From Eledone cirrhosa (taxonomy: Eukaryota): 64,000 nucleotides of DNA. The notes beneath the pieces were generated by a model. The model had not been told where the DNA came from. It saw only the letters and a program-made list of their open reading frames with translations, and searched no databases. The stretch covers positions 34,410,001 to 34,474,000 of the forward strand of contig OZ024760.1 of assembly GCA_964016885.1 (NCBI GenBank). Reading direction: 5' to 3'. Within the stretch, counting starts at the first letter, position 1; each line of letters begins with the position of its first letter. Below are positions 12,190 through 24,975 of the stretch, piece by piece. Made by a program: the position numbers and the translations under genes.

Positions 12190-13444
12190 AACAAAGTCAA
12201 TCTGTAAACGCAGAAGTGGATATTTCAAAAAACGTTGCAACCGGAGGAAGACAGGAAGACGATACTTTGGTTCGTGGAAACGTTCCCTGGCAAAGAACGG
12301 GAAAAAACGAATATAATACGTCATTAATAGGAGCGGTGAAAAACAATTACACGCAAAAACAGGACCACGTTTATGGTATAAAAGAAGTCGTAGGCTAATG
12401 TTCTCTTAGGTGGTTCATAGAGACGTTCTCTGGCAATGAACGGAAAAAAACGAAGATAATAAATAAATTGCACAAATCTTTCCTGTATTACAGCCCCACG
12501 TTATACCCTAACGGATAGTACGATCTATACGTGGATATTTTACGTCTTGATGTGGTAGCTAAGTATATGTTTTACTTATTTGCATAGGTAAGTATATATT
12601 ACCTGTATGTTTTGTAAAGGTACGCATACTTTCTCGTACGTATATTTGATTGTATATGTTATGGCATATAATTTTTTATATATTCTGGTACATATGGTTT
12701 GGTTATGTGTATACGGGAGTTTTGCATCTGTGTGAGTATGCTGGTTCGTACGTATGTAGGGTGTGTGTATATGTGTACTTCATGTTTTGGTTGACTTACG
12801 TCTCCGAACTTTTGTGTATTTACATGTAGGTATGTGTGTGTGCTTGTTATATACGTATTTATTTATATACGTCTATTTAATTATTTATTTATTTGTATAC
12901 ACACACACACACACACACATATTTATATGTGCGTGGTTTTGTATACCTATGGCAAGTGTTTTCGCGTATGCTTGTGTATGTACGTATTTGCATGCGTGTA
13001 TGTATTTATTTAATTTCTATTACCTCTGTATTGCATTTTATTTACTTTATTCTTAACTCTGAAGCGGAGATTCATTCGGTTTCCTAGTTAGAATTTTAGT
13101 CTACGACTTCAGTTATGCCATTTACGTGGTTTTGTCTTTGCGTGCAATTGTTCTCCAAAGTCCACATATGACGTATTATCTTCGTTTTTCCCCTTCATTG
13201 CCAGAGAACGTCTCTATGAACCACCTAAGAGAACATTAGTCTACGACTTCTTTTATACCATAAACGTGGTCCTGTCTTTGCGTGTAATTGTTTTTCACCG
13301 CTCCTATTAATGACGTATTATATTCGTTTTTTCCTGTTCTTTGCCAGGGAACGTTTCCACAAACCAAAGTATCGTCTTCCTGTCTTCCTCTGGTTGCAAC
13401 GTTTTTTGAAATATCCACTTCTGCGTTTACAGATTGACTTTGTT

Positions 13445-13495
13445 AGTTTCAGAAGATCCCGTTAAGGTTGAAAGCAGCGATTCTTTGCTTAAACT
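13445..13495 (+). ncRNA. Hammerhead-like motif, CAGAAGA core (family B)
   Basis: agttt-CAGAAGA-tcccgttaaggtt-GAAA-gcagcgattctttgc-TT-aaact; AATAAA follows. Confidence 0.58.
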
Positions 13496-13596
13496 TTAAT
13501 CTGTTATTTTAATAAATATTTGCTCTACGGTTTGATATATATTTATCCTTATCAAGCCCTCTTTGGATTTTAGTCTTCAAATTTATTATTATTACT

Positions 13597-14705
<1,109 letters not shown>

Positions 14706-14706
<1 letters not shown>

Positions 14707-15170
14707 AAGATCAAAAGATGGCCAAATGAGTTCCATGTATTTTATTATGCGCATTTCAAAAACAAATATCATCATGCAATAACATTTGTGCCCCCATCAG
14801 ATAAAATAGGAGGACATGATATGAAGGTTAAAAACACTTGTGGATAGTGCAGTTTTAAATCAACACATGAAAAGCAGTCCCAGATTGATGTGTGACACTG
14901 GGGAAAATTTTTTTTGAGGGGGTGGGGGGTGGAAAGGACGAAAAAGAGGAGGAGATGAGAGCAAAAAGTGGAGGGGTAGGAGCACAATGAGGAAGGACAA
15001 GACAGGAGGAGAGATGGGCGACAGAGAGAGAGAGATAGCTTTCACAACTGAGACAAATATATTGTTTTACATAGAGAGGCCGAAAAAACCGTTGGAAGAC
15101 AACGTATAAATTAAAAGAATTTGAAAATTAACGAAGAGAAAAACAATGCAAAGTTAAGGTTTGTATATTG
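14706..15170 (-). mobile_element. Diverged copy of HHR family C terminal region (probable PLE pseudo-LTR/3' UTR)
   Basis: Homologous in reverse to parts of ~40540-41318 and to 55458-55795. Confidence 0.78.
14740..14806 (-). ncRNA. Degenerate hammerhead motif (family C; core CTGATGG)
   Basis: ttttat-CTGATGG-long stem II-GAAA-tgcgca-TA-ataaaa; A9 mutated. Confidence 0.55.
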
Positions 15171-15325
15171 AAGGGTCCAACAACATGTGCGATGAAAAGA
15201 AACTGCCAATATGTACCAAGAATAACACTTAAGGGCCCAACAACATGTGCGATGGAAAGAAAATGCCAATACGTACCAAGAATAATACCCAAGGGTCCAA
15301 CAATATGTGCGAAGGAAAGAAAATA
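15171..15325. repeat. 60-bp minisatellite, ~2.6 units
   Basis: 'aagggtccaacaacatgtgcga' and close variants at 15171, 15231 and 15291. Confidence 0.92.
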
Positions 15326-15342
15326 CTTGTTCAATTAACACT

Positions 15343-15520
15343 TCGTAAGGTTGTGAGTTCGATTCCTGGACCAGGCGATGTGTTATGTCCTTGAGCAAGA
15401 CACTTTATTTCACGTTGCTCCTTCTACCTGGAGTTGCGACCGATAGATAGTATTAGTAATTGGAAAGACCAACGGAAACATTGTTCCCTCGGTCCGATTT
15501 GACGAAAGTCGATCGTTCCT
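15343..15520 (+). mobile_element. tRNA-derived SINE, 5'-truncated and diverged
   Basis: Pol III B-box 'gagttcgattcc' followed by 'gtccttgagcaagacactt', a motif typical of conserved SINE central domains. Confidence 0.65.
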
Positions 15521-16009
15521 TTATATATCTATATATATATATATCTCTATATATATATCTCTCTCTATATATATATCTATGTATATATATCTCTATATAT
15601 CTATGTATATATATCTATCTATGTGTATATATCTATATATTCTTTCTTTTACCTTGTGTCATGAGATTGACGCTAACTTATGTTCCCATCCCTTTCTGTT
15701 TTCGTTTAGCTGACCGGTAGTAGCATACTATAAACTTTAGCCACGTCACTCGAGGGCGACCGGCTGAGGTTGAAGGAACAGAATAGCAGTCGCCCTCGGG
15801 CCCATCAATTTTCAGCCCCTTGGATTTTATCTATTACATTCACGTATTATATTTCGAATACCTGATGATATCACCGGATTCATACGGAACCCAGTCATTG
15901 AAATGATCATAGTATAATAAACCTTTCAAGGATTTACACAAATCCAGCCTCCTGTCATTTCATTATAATATTTAACTCCGTAATAGCACCACCAACTACA
16001 AAAACAAAG

Positions 16010-16109
16010 ACGGTTGAACTGCCTTGCGTTGAGTACTCTCTATATTATTGCATTACGATTGACCATACGGAATAGACCAGCTCTATACAGTGGTAAACCT
16101 CAAACCTGA

Positions 16110-16143
<34 letters not shown>

Positions 16144-16146
16144 CTA

Positions 16147-16190
<44 letters not shown>

Positions 16191-16287
16191 GGTTTGAGGT
16201 TTACCACTGTATAGAGCTGGTCTATTCCGTATGGTCAATCGTAATGCAATAATATAGAGAGTACTCAACGTAAGGCAGTTCAACCGT
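16010..16287. repeat. 101-bp inverted repeat (16010-16110 / 16187-16287) around a (TA)n spacer
   Basis: Arms are reverse complements with one visible mismatch. Confidence 0.92.
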
Positions 16288-16297
16288 ATAACTCCTG

Positions 16298-16444
<147 letters not shown>

Positions 16445-16499
16445 TATTTTTAAAGAAAAGGTTCATTGTATGTTGTGTAGTTCTATATATATATGTGTG

Positions 16500-19400
16500 T
16501 ATTAAGAGAGTAAAACAAAGAAGCCTTCAATACATCAAAAATCTTTATTAGCCGACAATGTTTCGTCCTATTAAGGACTCATCAGGGCAATTAAAACAAC
16601 AAGAAGTAATATCGGCAGATACAAGCCGGAAGCTCCGAAGAATATGGAGTGTACATACACTAAAGTATTGCAAAAATATATAATAAAAATTACTAAGGAT
16701 GTATATAACATTAGGAACCATATTACAAATATAGTCCAAAGCAAAAAAAGCCTAGAGCTAAACAATGGTGGTTTATATATAATACAATGTAATATAATAT
16801 AATATACCTTTACCAACATTAAAATTACAATAAAAATCAAAAGGTACAATAAGCATATGTATATATGTACGCACACGTACACACACATACATACACATAC
16901 AACAATACACACATCCATCTTCAACTGCACAAATTAAACCTTATCAAGAGTTTGAATATAAAAATAAGCATGATAGGAATGAAAATAATAATAATAATAC
17001 TACTAATACATCTACCCAATATACATGAGGTAATAATATGATATAATTATAAGTAGCACATATAATAAATAATAAATAATACAATTATATACTATATAAT
17101 ACAATATAATAGAATAGATAATCTCCGGTTAATTTACACAAACAATATAGATGTCACAATAATAATATAATAATAATATAATAACATTTATAATATACAA
17201 TATACTAACATTTATAATAAACAATACATAATGGTGCTCAAGTTAACAAATCAATTCATACTGGGTTACAGTGTAGGTGAGGAAAAAATAAATTGTACAA
17301 TACCCCAAAAAAATATTTTGATGGTACAAAAGTACAAACATCTTACATGATATATAAAGTTTAACATATCATAATGTTACATATAATTAACGGTAAGTAA
17401 TAAGGATCAATATTACAATAAAAAATACAATATAATATAGTATATTATATAAAATAAATTAACATAATATAATATATAATTACTTATAATTACAAGGTTG
17501 GTAGACAGACATGTATATGGATGAGTGAGTAAGTGCCAGACAGTAAATATAATGCACAGTAGTATTACAAATTAAATATAAAATATAGAATAAAATAAAA
17601 AATAAATGGAATCAACCGGAAATTAAAAAACAAAAACAAACGTATACGTTTAGGTCTCACATGCAGTTAAGTAGTTAAGTAAAAACTAAGGAAACAACCC
17701 CTGTAAATGACTCAAAAACCCTATTTGATAAATTAATATTAAAAATATTTAAACTATCCAATAAGGCAGTATAATATTAGCTATAGTTTAAGTCATTAAA
17801 TTTTATAAATGTTAATATTTTGTTACAAATGTTTACAAAAAGGAATGAAAATTATTTACTATCATATACATAACGATATCTAAAAAACTGACTTAAGCAG
17901 AATTAAGGTAGGCTAATAGGGACAGAAATGAAGAGATATATGGAGGATGCAAAGGGGCATAAAAAATAGTCGATATACTATATTACATAATAGAAAGGAG
18001 CGTAAAAGAGGGGGAGGTTAAATATAATCATAGTCAATTTGGAGGGGTTGATAATAAGTTTATGTGCGCATGGCGGGGGGGGGGGGGGTTCCAAAGAAGA
18101 ATCCGAATAAAAATAAAAATAAAAATAAGAATAAAATAAATACCGTAAAATATATAGTCTTATATACATTCATAAGGTGTAATAGTGAAAATTTAATGCG
18201 TAAGAAGATAGATATGGTACAGTAGCCAAAAGATTATGAGAGCTAGAATAAAGAGTCATCAAAAACCAATGATAATAATGATGATAATAATAATGTTGGC
18301 AAACAAAAGAACCTAAACTAAAAAATAAATAATGGAATATATCAGCTAATGGGTACAATTTGTACTACTAGAACGTTTAGGTTTATAATAAAAGTATGAA
18401 TTAGAAATAGCGTGGGGGCAAGAAGAGAATATCTCAGACTTTCTATTAAGTAAGGATGCGCTAGAGAAGATTATAGAGCGTGTCTCGAGGATACAGAGAT
18501 TACAAAACTTAGTATGTGTAGAAAGGTGGTTAGAGCGTGCTACTAAACGCCAGTTAAGGCTATGTGGTATATTAGCTCCCTTAAGATCCCAGATATAATG
18601 TGCTAAAGAAGTAGAATTCTTAAACTTAACATGCTTGAAATTAGAGATATGAGAGTTAAACCTAGTCTTAAAAGTGTTAGATGTAGAGCCTATATAAGTT
18701 CTATTAGAGGAATTAGTTATAACTTCGCAAGCATAGACAATGTTCTTAGAAAGGCAGTTACCGTTTAAAGGGCAGTTAGCACTCACTCTACAATTGCACT
18801 TCCGGGTGTTATTGGTTGGCTCGAGTGGTGATGCATTACACGTAGGATTGCTATTAGATAAGGACTGTTCTGGTGGTAATGCATTGCCAGATCTGTTCAG
18901 ACTAGTAGTATGTATAGAGGAGAATCCATCCCTAATTTTCCTATTGTTAGTGCTAGCTAAATGAGAACTAATATTAGGGGTGGTAGAGAATGAAAGTTTA
19001 ATAACATTGTTATTAAAAATACTATGGTATTTATGAGAAGGGGGGAAATTTTTCTCTAAGATAGAGAAGAAAGACCTAGGGATATTAGTTGATACTTCCT
19101 GATTATATGGCGGGTTAAAATAAGTATTTAATCGCCTTCTATTTTAATTCTTACCGACTCTACCATTATCAAATATCCCACCATCGAGACTAGGGTTACT
19201 ACAAGGATTAGTTAAAGCCGCATTCATAGAATCAGCCAAAATTTCATTAAGTCTATTACAGTTTCTACCTCCAGTAGATCCGCTGCTGTCCGGAATCCCA
19301 TCATAAGGATTAGGGCCAATGATAGGATCAGTAGGAGCAACATTATTAGAATAAGATCCAGCAAAATTATCACCAATGTGTGAGCGCTCAGGGGGTTCAA

Positions 19401-19510
19401 CTTGTTTCCTAGAGGTATTATACTCACTATTACGAGTCCGGTGGGTTAACTTATGGATGGGTTCAGATACACCTATATAATTTTTACGGTTACTATGTTT
19501 GCTACTCCCA
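16500..19510 (-). mobile_element. Penelope-like element 3' half (Naiad-like GIY-YIG) with a 1.8-kb AT-rich 3' UTR and terminal HHR
   Basis: One reading frame 18346-~19510 with a single TAA at 19144-19146: 'YFNPPY..VSTNI..NFPPSHKYHSIFN..IKLSFS', 'CNCR..CPLNGNCL..IVYAC..YIGST..FKTR..H', 'CNLC..E', 'CPH'. Confidence 0.88.
16551..16588 (-). ncRNA. Minimal type I hammerhead ribozyme (family D)
   Basis: gcc-CTGATGA-gtcc ttaata ggac-GAAA-cattg-TC-ggc. Canonical core, GUC site, AATAAA immediately after. Confidence 0.85.
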
Positions 19511-19583
19511 TATATACATATATATGTATATATATCTATATATATATATCTATTATTATGTAATAAACAACATAAGGCAATTA

Positions 19584-19643
19584 TTCCATTTACCAGTGGT
19601 TTCTTAAAAGCAAAAGGTTTTGCTTTCAATCCTCAGAATGAAA
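19584..19643 (-). ncRNA. Type I hammerhead ribozyme (family E) in a ~250-bp island between (TA)n arrays
   Basis: tttcatt-CTGAGGA-ttgaaagcaaaaccttttgcttttaa-GAAA-ccactgg-TA-aatggaa. Canonical core, GUA site. Confidence 0.82.
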
Positions 19644-19799
19644 AAATCCTGGTTTGTTTATTGAATTTGGATTTTAAAAAAACAAAAATGCAATCTATAT
19701 GAAAGTGAGGCTGGAGAAGGAAGAAGGAAAGGAAAAATAAAATAAAACTACACATGCAAACACACACACAAAAAAACCCACAAAAGCATACATACACAC

Positions 19800-19815
19800 A
19801 CATATATATATATAC

Positions 19816-19871
<56 letters not shown>

Positions 19872-19896
19872 ATACATATATATATATATATATATC

Positions 19897-19947
<51 letters not shown>

Positions 19948-19979
19948 CTATACATATATATATATATATATATCGATAC

Positions 19980-20017
<38 letters not shown>

Positions 20018-20048
20018 CTATACATATATATATATATATACCTATATC

Positions 20049-20081
<33 letters not shown>

Positions 20082-20098
20082 CTATATATATATATATC

Positions 20099-20140
<42 letters not shown>

Positions 20141-20148
20141 TCTATACA

Positions 20149-20187
<39 letters not shown>

Positions 20188-20214
20188 CTATACATATATA
20201 TATATATATATACC

Positions 20215-20282
<68 letters not shown>

Positions 20283-20285
20283 TCT

Positions 20286-20323
<38 letters not shown>

Positions 20324-20328
20324 ATACA

Positions 20329-20387
<59 letters not shown>

Positions 20388-20394
20388 CTATACA

Positions 20395-20432
<38 letters not shown>

Positions 20433-20504
20433 TATACATATATATATATATATATACCTATATATTATATATATATATTATATATATTATATATATATAT
20501 ACCT
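19800..20504. repeat. Interrupted (TA)n microsatellite, ATCTATACAT variant
   Basis: Directly visible. Confidence 0.96.
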
Positions 20505-21727
20505 ATGATAATAGTGATGGCTGTGCGTTGCAAATGGTGGTGCATATGAAAAAGTAAGTCCTTCATCAGTGACCCTCCAACCGTCCCAGGCATTTCATCG
20601 CTTTAAGGGCCATATGCCTCAGGTTGGTGCGAACAACGGCTAAAAAAAGTCGTTGGGACACGTAAATAAAGGGGACGTTAGGGTAACAAACAAAATGGTG
20701 TAAGCAACGGAAAGTGAGAAGAAATAGACAAGTCCCAGATCTCTATGAATATAAACTCGGTGAAATCGTGAACAAGAGACAAAAGACCATCAAACCTGGT
20801 TGAAATGTGAGCAAGGAAGGAATTTCGCACAGGTCTAACGGGGGGAAGAAAAAGAAGAAGAAGGGGTCTGGTCTACGAATTCGGTAAACATAAGTTTTGT
20901 GAAGTCGCAGACGAAAGAGAGAGAGAGAAAAAAAATTCCATACCAGCTTGACCAAGACAGCGCGAGAAAAGAATTACACACAGGTCAAACTTGAAGGAGG
21001 AGGAGGAAAGAGGAGGAGGAGAGGTAGTGACAGAGAATGAGTGAGTGAAAGTTGAGGAGGAGGCTAACAGAGAGAGACTGCTAGAAAGGGTAAAAGGTAC
21101 AAAGAACGAGAAAGGGTAAAAGGTACAAAGAATGAAACAGACGGGTGGCAGCAGAAGAAAAATTATGTGTAAATATGATAATAGTGATGGCTGCGCGTTG
21201 CAAATGGTGGTGCATATGAAAAAGTAAGTCCTTCATCAGTGACCCTCCAACCGTACCAGGCATTTCATCGCTTTAAGGGCCATATGCCTCAGGTTGGTGC
21301 GAACAACGGCTAAAAAAAGTCGTTGGGACACGTAAATAAAGGGGACGTTAGGGTAACAAACAAAATGGTTTAAGCAACGGAAAGTGAGAAGAAATAGACA
21401 AGTCCCAGATCTCTATGAATATAAACTCGGTGAAATCATGAACAAGAGACAAAAGACCATCAAACCTGGTTGAAATGTGAGCAAGGAAGGAATTTCGCAC
21501 AGGTCTAACGGGGGGAAGAAAAAGAAGAAGAAGAAGAAGGGGTCTGGTCTACGAATTCGGTAAACATAAGTTTTGTGAAGTCGCAGACGAAAGAGAGAGA
21601 GAGAAAAAAAAATTCCATACCAGCTTGACCAAGACCGCGCGAGAAAAGAATTACACACAGGTCAAACTTGAAGGAGGAGGAGGAAAGAGGAGGAGGAGAG
21701 GTAGTGACAGAGAATGAGTGAGTGAAA
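20505..21727. repeat. Partial tandem duplication: ~1.8 units of a 670-bp unclassified sequence
   Basis: 'atgataatagtgatggctg' at 20505 and 21175; units nearly identical. Confidence 0.92.
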
Positions 21728-21897
21728 ATACCTATATATATATATATATTATATATATACCTATATATATATTATATATATATATACCTATATATATATA
21801 TATATACATATATATACATATATGTCTATACATATATATCTATACATATATATACATATATATCTATACATATAGATATATATATATATACATATAG

Positions 21898-21928
<31 letters not shown>

Positions 21929-21935
21929 CATATAG

Positions 21936-21984
<49 letters not shown>

Positions 21985-21985
<1 letters not shown>

Positions 21986-22160
21986 GGTGGCTGCCAACTC
22001 GTTTTCGAGTACGGCCACTACTTTATATCCATGTAGGAGAACCCCTACCGATGCGCTGAACGAATGTGACTTTTTAGTCCAGCCAGCGACTTGAAAACTC
22101 TGGTACAAAGACTACACTTGTGACCATTATTGACACATAGTGCAGGGCCCATGGTACCAT
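21985..22160 (-). mobile_element. 3' end of an RTE-like LINE encoding a C-terminal C2H2 finger
   Basis: 22116->22045 reads [24 protein letters not shown] short 3' UTR with the ctcg-aaaa-cgag hairpin follows, then (TA)n. Confidence 0.6.
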
Positions 22161-22396
22161 GTGATGACAAGTGCAGAGAGATCTCCAGATATAAAGCAAT
22201 GCCTGTGCTGTGAAGCTTTTATAGTGAGCAAAGGCACTGCACAAAGCCAGTCCCACTCTCTTAACCAAGATGATATTTACCAAAAAGAAGAACAAGTCAA
22301 CATCATTGGATACCATCAGGGTTGCAGGTGTTATATCAGAGTTTTCCTTCTCCTAGAATTCTGCCTTGACAAAGGCTAAGGGGTCATCTCTCCCGG

Positions 22397-23003
<607 letters not shown>

Positions 23004-23476
23004 TTATTCGGCCGCTGACCTCTGCCCGACCGACCCCATTTCATGCGCACGCGCGCTCTGCTGAATACCTCAGATATTCAAAACAACAAACAGCGGAGGA
23101 CGCGTTTCGCACCTGTCCGACAGACAACCTTTCCCCCACCCCGGAAAAAACCCCAGTTGATGGATGTAAATCAGAAATATATAGGGACTATTAAATCTCT
23201 CCCAAGGTAACTCTCTCTCGTGTTGTTCTTTTTATTTTATCCTTTATACTCTTTCCTTCATTCTTCTACACATCTCATACACACCACGCATCTCAACATA
23301 CACCCACTTACATCTCTCTCTCCACCACCAGATCTTGTTACCCGGAGATTTACCAATTTGCATTGTCGAGGCTTCCAAACGACTTAAAGATATTTACATA
23401 TATATATATATATTTATAAATATATATATATATATATTTATAAAAATATATATATATTTATATTTATATATATATA

Positions 23477-24610
23477 TCATCATCATCATCACCGTTTAAC
23501 GTCCGTGTTCCACGCTTGCATGGGTTTGGACGGGGGTAGTCCCACTTGAGGCAAGAGTGATTGTCTTGCTCGCATAGGACTGTCTGGCAGGTTTTCTACG
23601 GTTGGATGCCCTTCCTAACACCAACCACATTTACAGTGTGGGTCTGGGAGGTTTTTACCGTGTTGCCTACACGGCCACATTACAGCGTGGACTGTGTGTT
23701 TTTTTGTCGTGACACCTACACGATCTCATTTGTTTCGGCCTGGATGGTGTGGCACCAACACAACTTTACATAGAACGGGGTGGCGTGGATGGGTTGGGGG
23801 TGGTGGGACGGGGAGGTATTTTGTTAGATGCCTACTGGCTGTAGTAGGTTTTACTATGTATTTAGGTAAGGCGGGTCTTCTCTGTTACTGAGTACCGCCA
23901 AAGGTCTCGGTCCAGTTACATTGTCTTGGAGAGGTGTAAGTGTGTGAGGTCGGAGTTTATCAGCTCGTCCCAGGTTTTTCTAGGTCTGCCTATTCCGTGG
24001 CTACCGTCTATCTTTATTGCCCTGCACTTTGTTATACAGCTATCGACTTTCATGCGCATCACGTGTCCATACCAACGTAGCCTTCTCTCAAGTAAACAAC
24101 ATCTGATCCCTGTTATTTCTAATTTTTTCCTTAGTTCGTTTATGCTTTGCCGTTCACGTATATTACTGTTACACATCCAGCGGAGCATGCAAGCTTCGTT
24201 CCTCTCTAGTCTGCGTATATCCTCTGCACACAATGCCCAGGTCTCACTGCCATGCAACATTGCTGTTCGTATGCAGGCATCGTACAACCTGCCTTTCATT
24301 TTTAGGGAGAACCCTTTAGCAGCTAATAGTGGTATAAGCTCTCTGAACTTTTTCCAACCAGTTCTGACTCTAGCTACTGTACTTTCAGAGCACCCTCCCC
24401 CACTGCTGATTTTATCACCCAGGTAACGGAAACTGTCCACTATTTCTATAGAACCCTCTGCGCAATTGAAAGAGCTAGTATTTGTGGGCACTTGCTGCTA
24501 CTTATTGCACCAGAGCACCGGCCACATGTAAAATCTATGTTCTTAGTTAGCTTACCTGTGATCCCACTACATCTTTTATGCACCCATACTTTGCATTTAG
24601 GACATAAAAG
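23477..24610 (-). mobile_element. RTE-clade LINE, 5'-truncated, with (ATG)n tail
   Basis: ORF 23916-24491 'FRYLG', 'MLHGSETW', 'RRLRWYGHV', 'GRPRKTW'. (cat)n at 23477-23490. Same family as 47345-49416. Confidence 0.93.
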
Positions 24611-24619
24611 GGTGGGACC

Positions 24620-24975
<356 letters not shown>

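Larger units (their letters stand above)
12117..13596 (+). mobile_element. PLE family B 3' region with an inverted copy of its own terminus (12117-12461 vs ~13170-13517)
   Basis: 12462 onward matches the GIY-YIG end and 3' UTR seen at 49581-50835; ~345-bp inverted repeat. Confidence 0.85.

Noticed and set aside
12216-13418. Duplicated short ORFs (e.g. MDISKNVAT.., and MSYLYRMR.. at 27278/30768) as small genes
   Set aside because: They recur only because they lie in inverted-repeat arms; non-ATG starts and no sign of coding constraint.
15171-15325. Possible CRISPR-like array
   Set aside because: Whole 60-bp units repeat with no unique spacers; no cas genes; eukaryotic context.
15346-15375. 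tRNA gene
   Set aside because: Only a B-box/T-arm-like piece followed by SINE body; no cloverleaf.
20555-20625. CTGATGA and GAAA on the minus strand as a hammerhead
   Set aside because: I could not build consistent stems I-III in any permutation.
22045-22116. C2H2 finger as an exon of a host zinc-finger gene
   Set aside because: Single finger with an immediate stop, no TGEKP linker, and a short hairpin UTR ending at (TA)n; fits a LINE C-terminus better.
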